Source: Camelus ferus
Lineage: Eukaryota
Assembly (NCBI RefSeq): GCF_009834535.1
Contig: NC_045697.1
Location: 4,342,001 to 4,406,000 of the forward strand
DNA length: 64,000 nt
Direction: 5' to 3'
Shown here: positions 63,036 to 64,000 of the stretch, piece by piece
Layout: each line of letters opens with the position of its first letter
Numbering within the stretch: position 1 is the first letter of the stretch
Program-made: the position numbers and the translations under genes
Notes under the pieces: generated by a model
What the model was told of the DNA's origin: nothing
The model's input: the letters and a program-made list of their open reading frames with translations, nothing else
Databases searched by the model: none

Positions 63036-64000
63036 GTGCCTGCGTTGGATGCATGGCTTACAGTTTTCAAACTTTCTTCCTGGGGCTTGGCTGCCAGGGT
63101 TCTGTTCTGGTGTTTCCACTCTCTCCTCCCATTGCTCACTATTGGTCCTTTCGGCCACTCATCAGAGAGTTGTATTCCCAGCACCGCGCTGGGCACTTCC
63201 AGCCTTGACTTGCTCTTGACATCTGGAGAATGGTTTGTTGATTTGTCATTTCCCAAGCCGGAGTGTGGGAGCGCCCTGAGGCAGGAGGGCCGGCACGGGG
63301 TCCACCAAGCAGCCCAGAGAGGCAGCTGGCGCAGGACAGGGAGCCTGGCCGCCTTTTTGTTAGTTCCTGGCACATACTGGATGCTTTGCGTTTGTGTCTA
63401 CTGCTTGCTGCCTGGCCCGTTCAGCTCCTGCCCTCGCCAGAACTGGCTTCTTCTCATCCTTTGAGTCTCAGCTGAAACTTCCTCTCCTGGGAGAGGTCTT
63501 CCCTGCCCTGCCCAGGTAGATGCCACCCCCCACCCCCCTTACCCCTGCTGTTTTTCTCCCCTTTGGTGCCCTGTTTCTTCTGAAGTCATCATGATCTGAA
63601 GTGGGCTTGTTTCCTGGTTTGTGGTTGTTCCCGCAGTCCTCATAAGCTGGAAGGGAAGCACGGTGAGGATGGGAGCCTTGCCGGCTGTGTTTCCTCCCAT
63701 CTCCCAGCGCAGGGTGTTGGCATGCAGTTGGTTCCAGTAAATAATCGTTGCTGTTGCTTGGAGTCAGATGTGACTGAATTTCCTAACTCCGTCTTGCAAG
63801 CTTGTTGATCTAGAGCCTCTTAGTTAATCTTTCTCAGCTTCCCTTTTATCCTTTTGTTCAGTATGCAGAGAGCCCAGTGTCCCTAGCTTTTGGGCGGGTG
63901 TGGCGGTCAGACGTGACTGTGTAGACTGCCTGCAGGATGTCGGTGTGCAGCAGGCGTTTGTCAGCGGGCGCTGCTGCCGGTGTTTGCAGAGGTAGTGGTC

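Noticed and set aside
1..64000. CRISPR arrays, operons, rRNA or other prokaryote-type systems
   Set aside because: The sequence is eutherian intergenic and intronic DNA. No regularly spaced repeat-spacer array or dense coding structure is present.

Overview
Mammalian (eutherian) genomic DNA, almost certainly camelid: it has a Vic-1-type tRNA-derived SINE and a camelid-type L1 3' UTR. I find no protein-coding exon, and the supplied ORFs are chance ORFs in GC-rich or simple-repeat DNA, or decayed transposon fragments. The window is the ~54 kb intergenic interval between two divergently transcribed genes, recognised from recalled human 5'UTR sequence plus synteny. The non-coding first exon and CpG-island promoter of WFS1 lie on the minus strand (~2640-2800, donor GG|GTGAGT). 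The non-coding first exon and CpG-island promoter of JAKMIP1 lie on the plus strand (~56450-56748, donor CAG|GTGGGT). Between them are many interspersed repeats (L1, MaLR/ERVL/ERV1 LTRs, MIR, L2, hAT DNA transposons, several nested) and a third, orphan CpG island at ~41.2-42.1 kb. The most interesting signals are regulatory: (i) a near-perfect split REST/RE1 site with a 9-bp spacer in the orphan island, (ii) a 3' splice-acceptor-like tract and a uORF inside JAKMIP1 exon 1, (iii) a one-mismatch ERSE and a four-tract G-quadruplex motif in the WFS1 promoter, and (iv) divergently oriented CTCF-like motifs between the genes. None is proven from sequence alone. Repeat boundaries and subfamily names are by-eye approximations.
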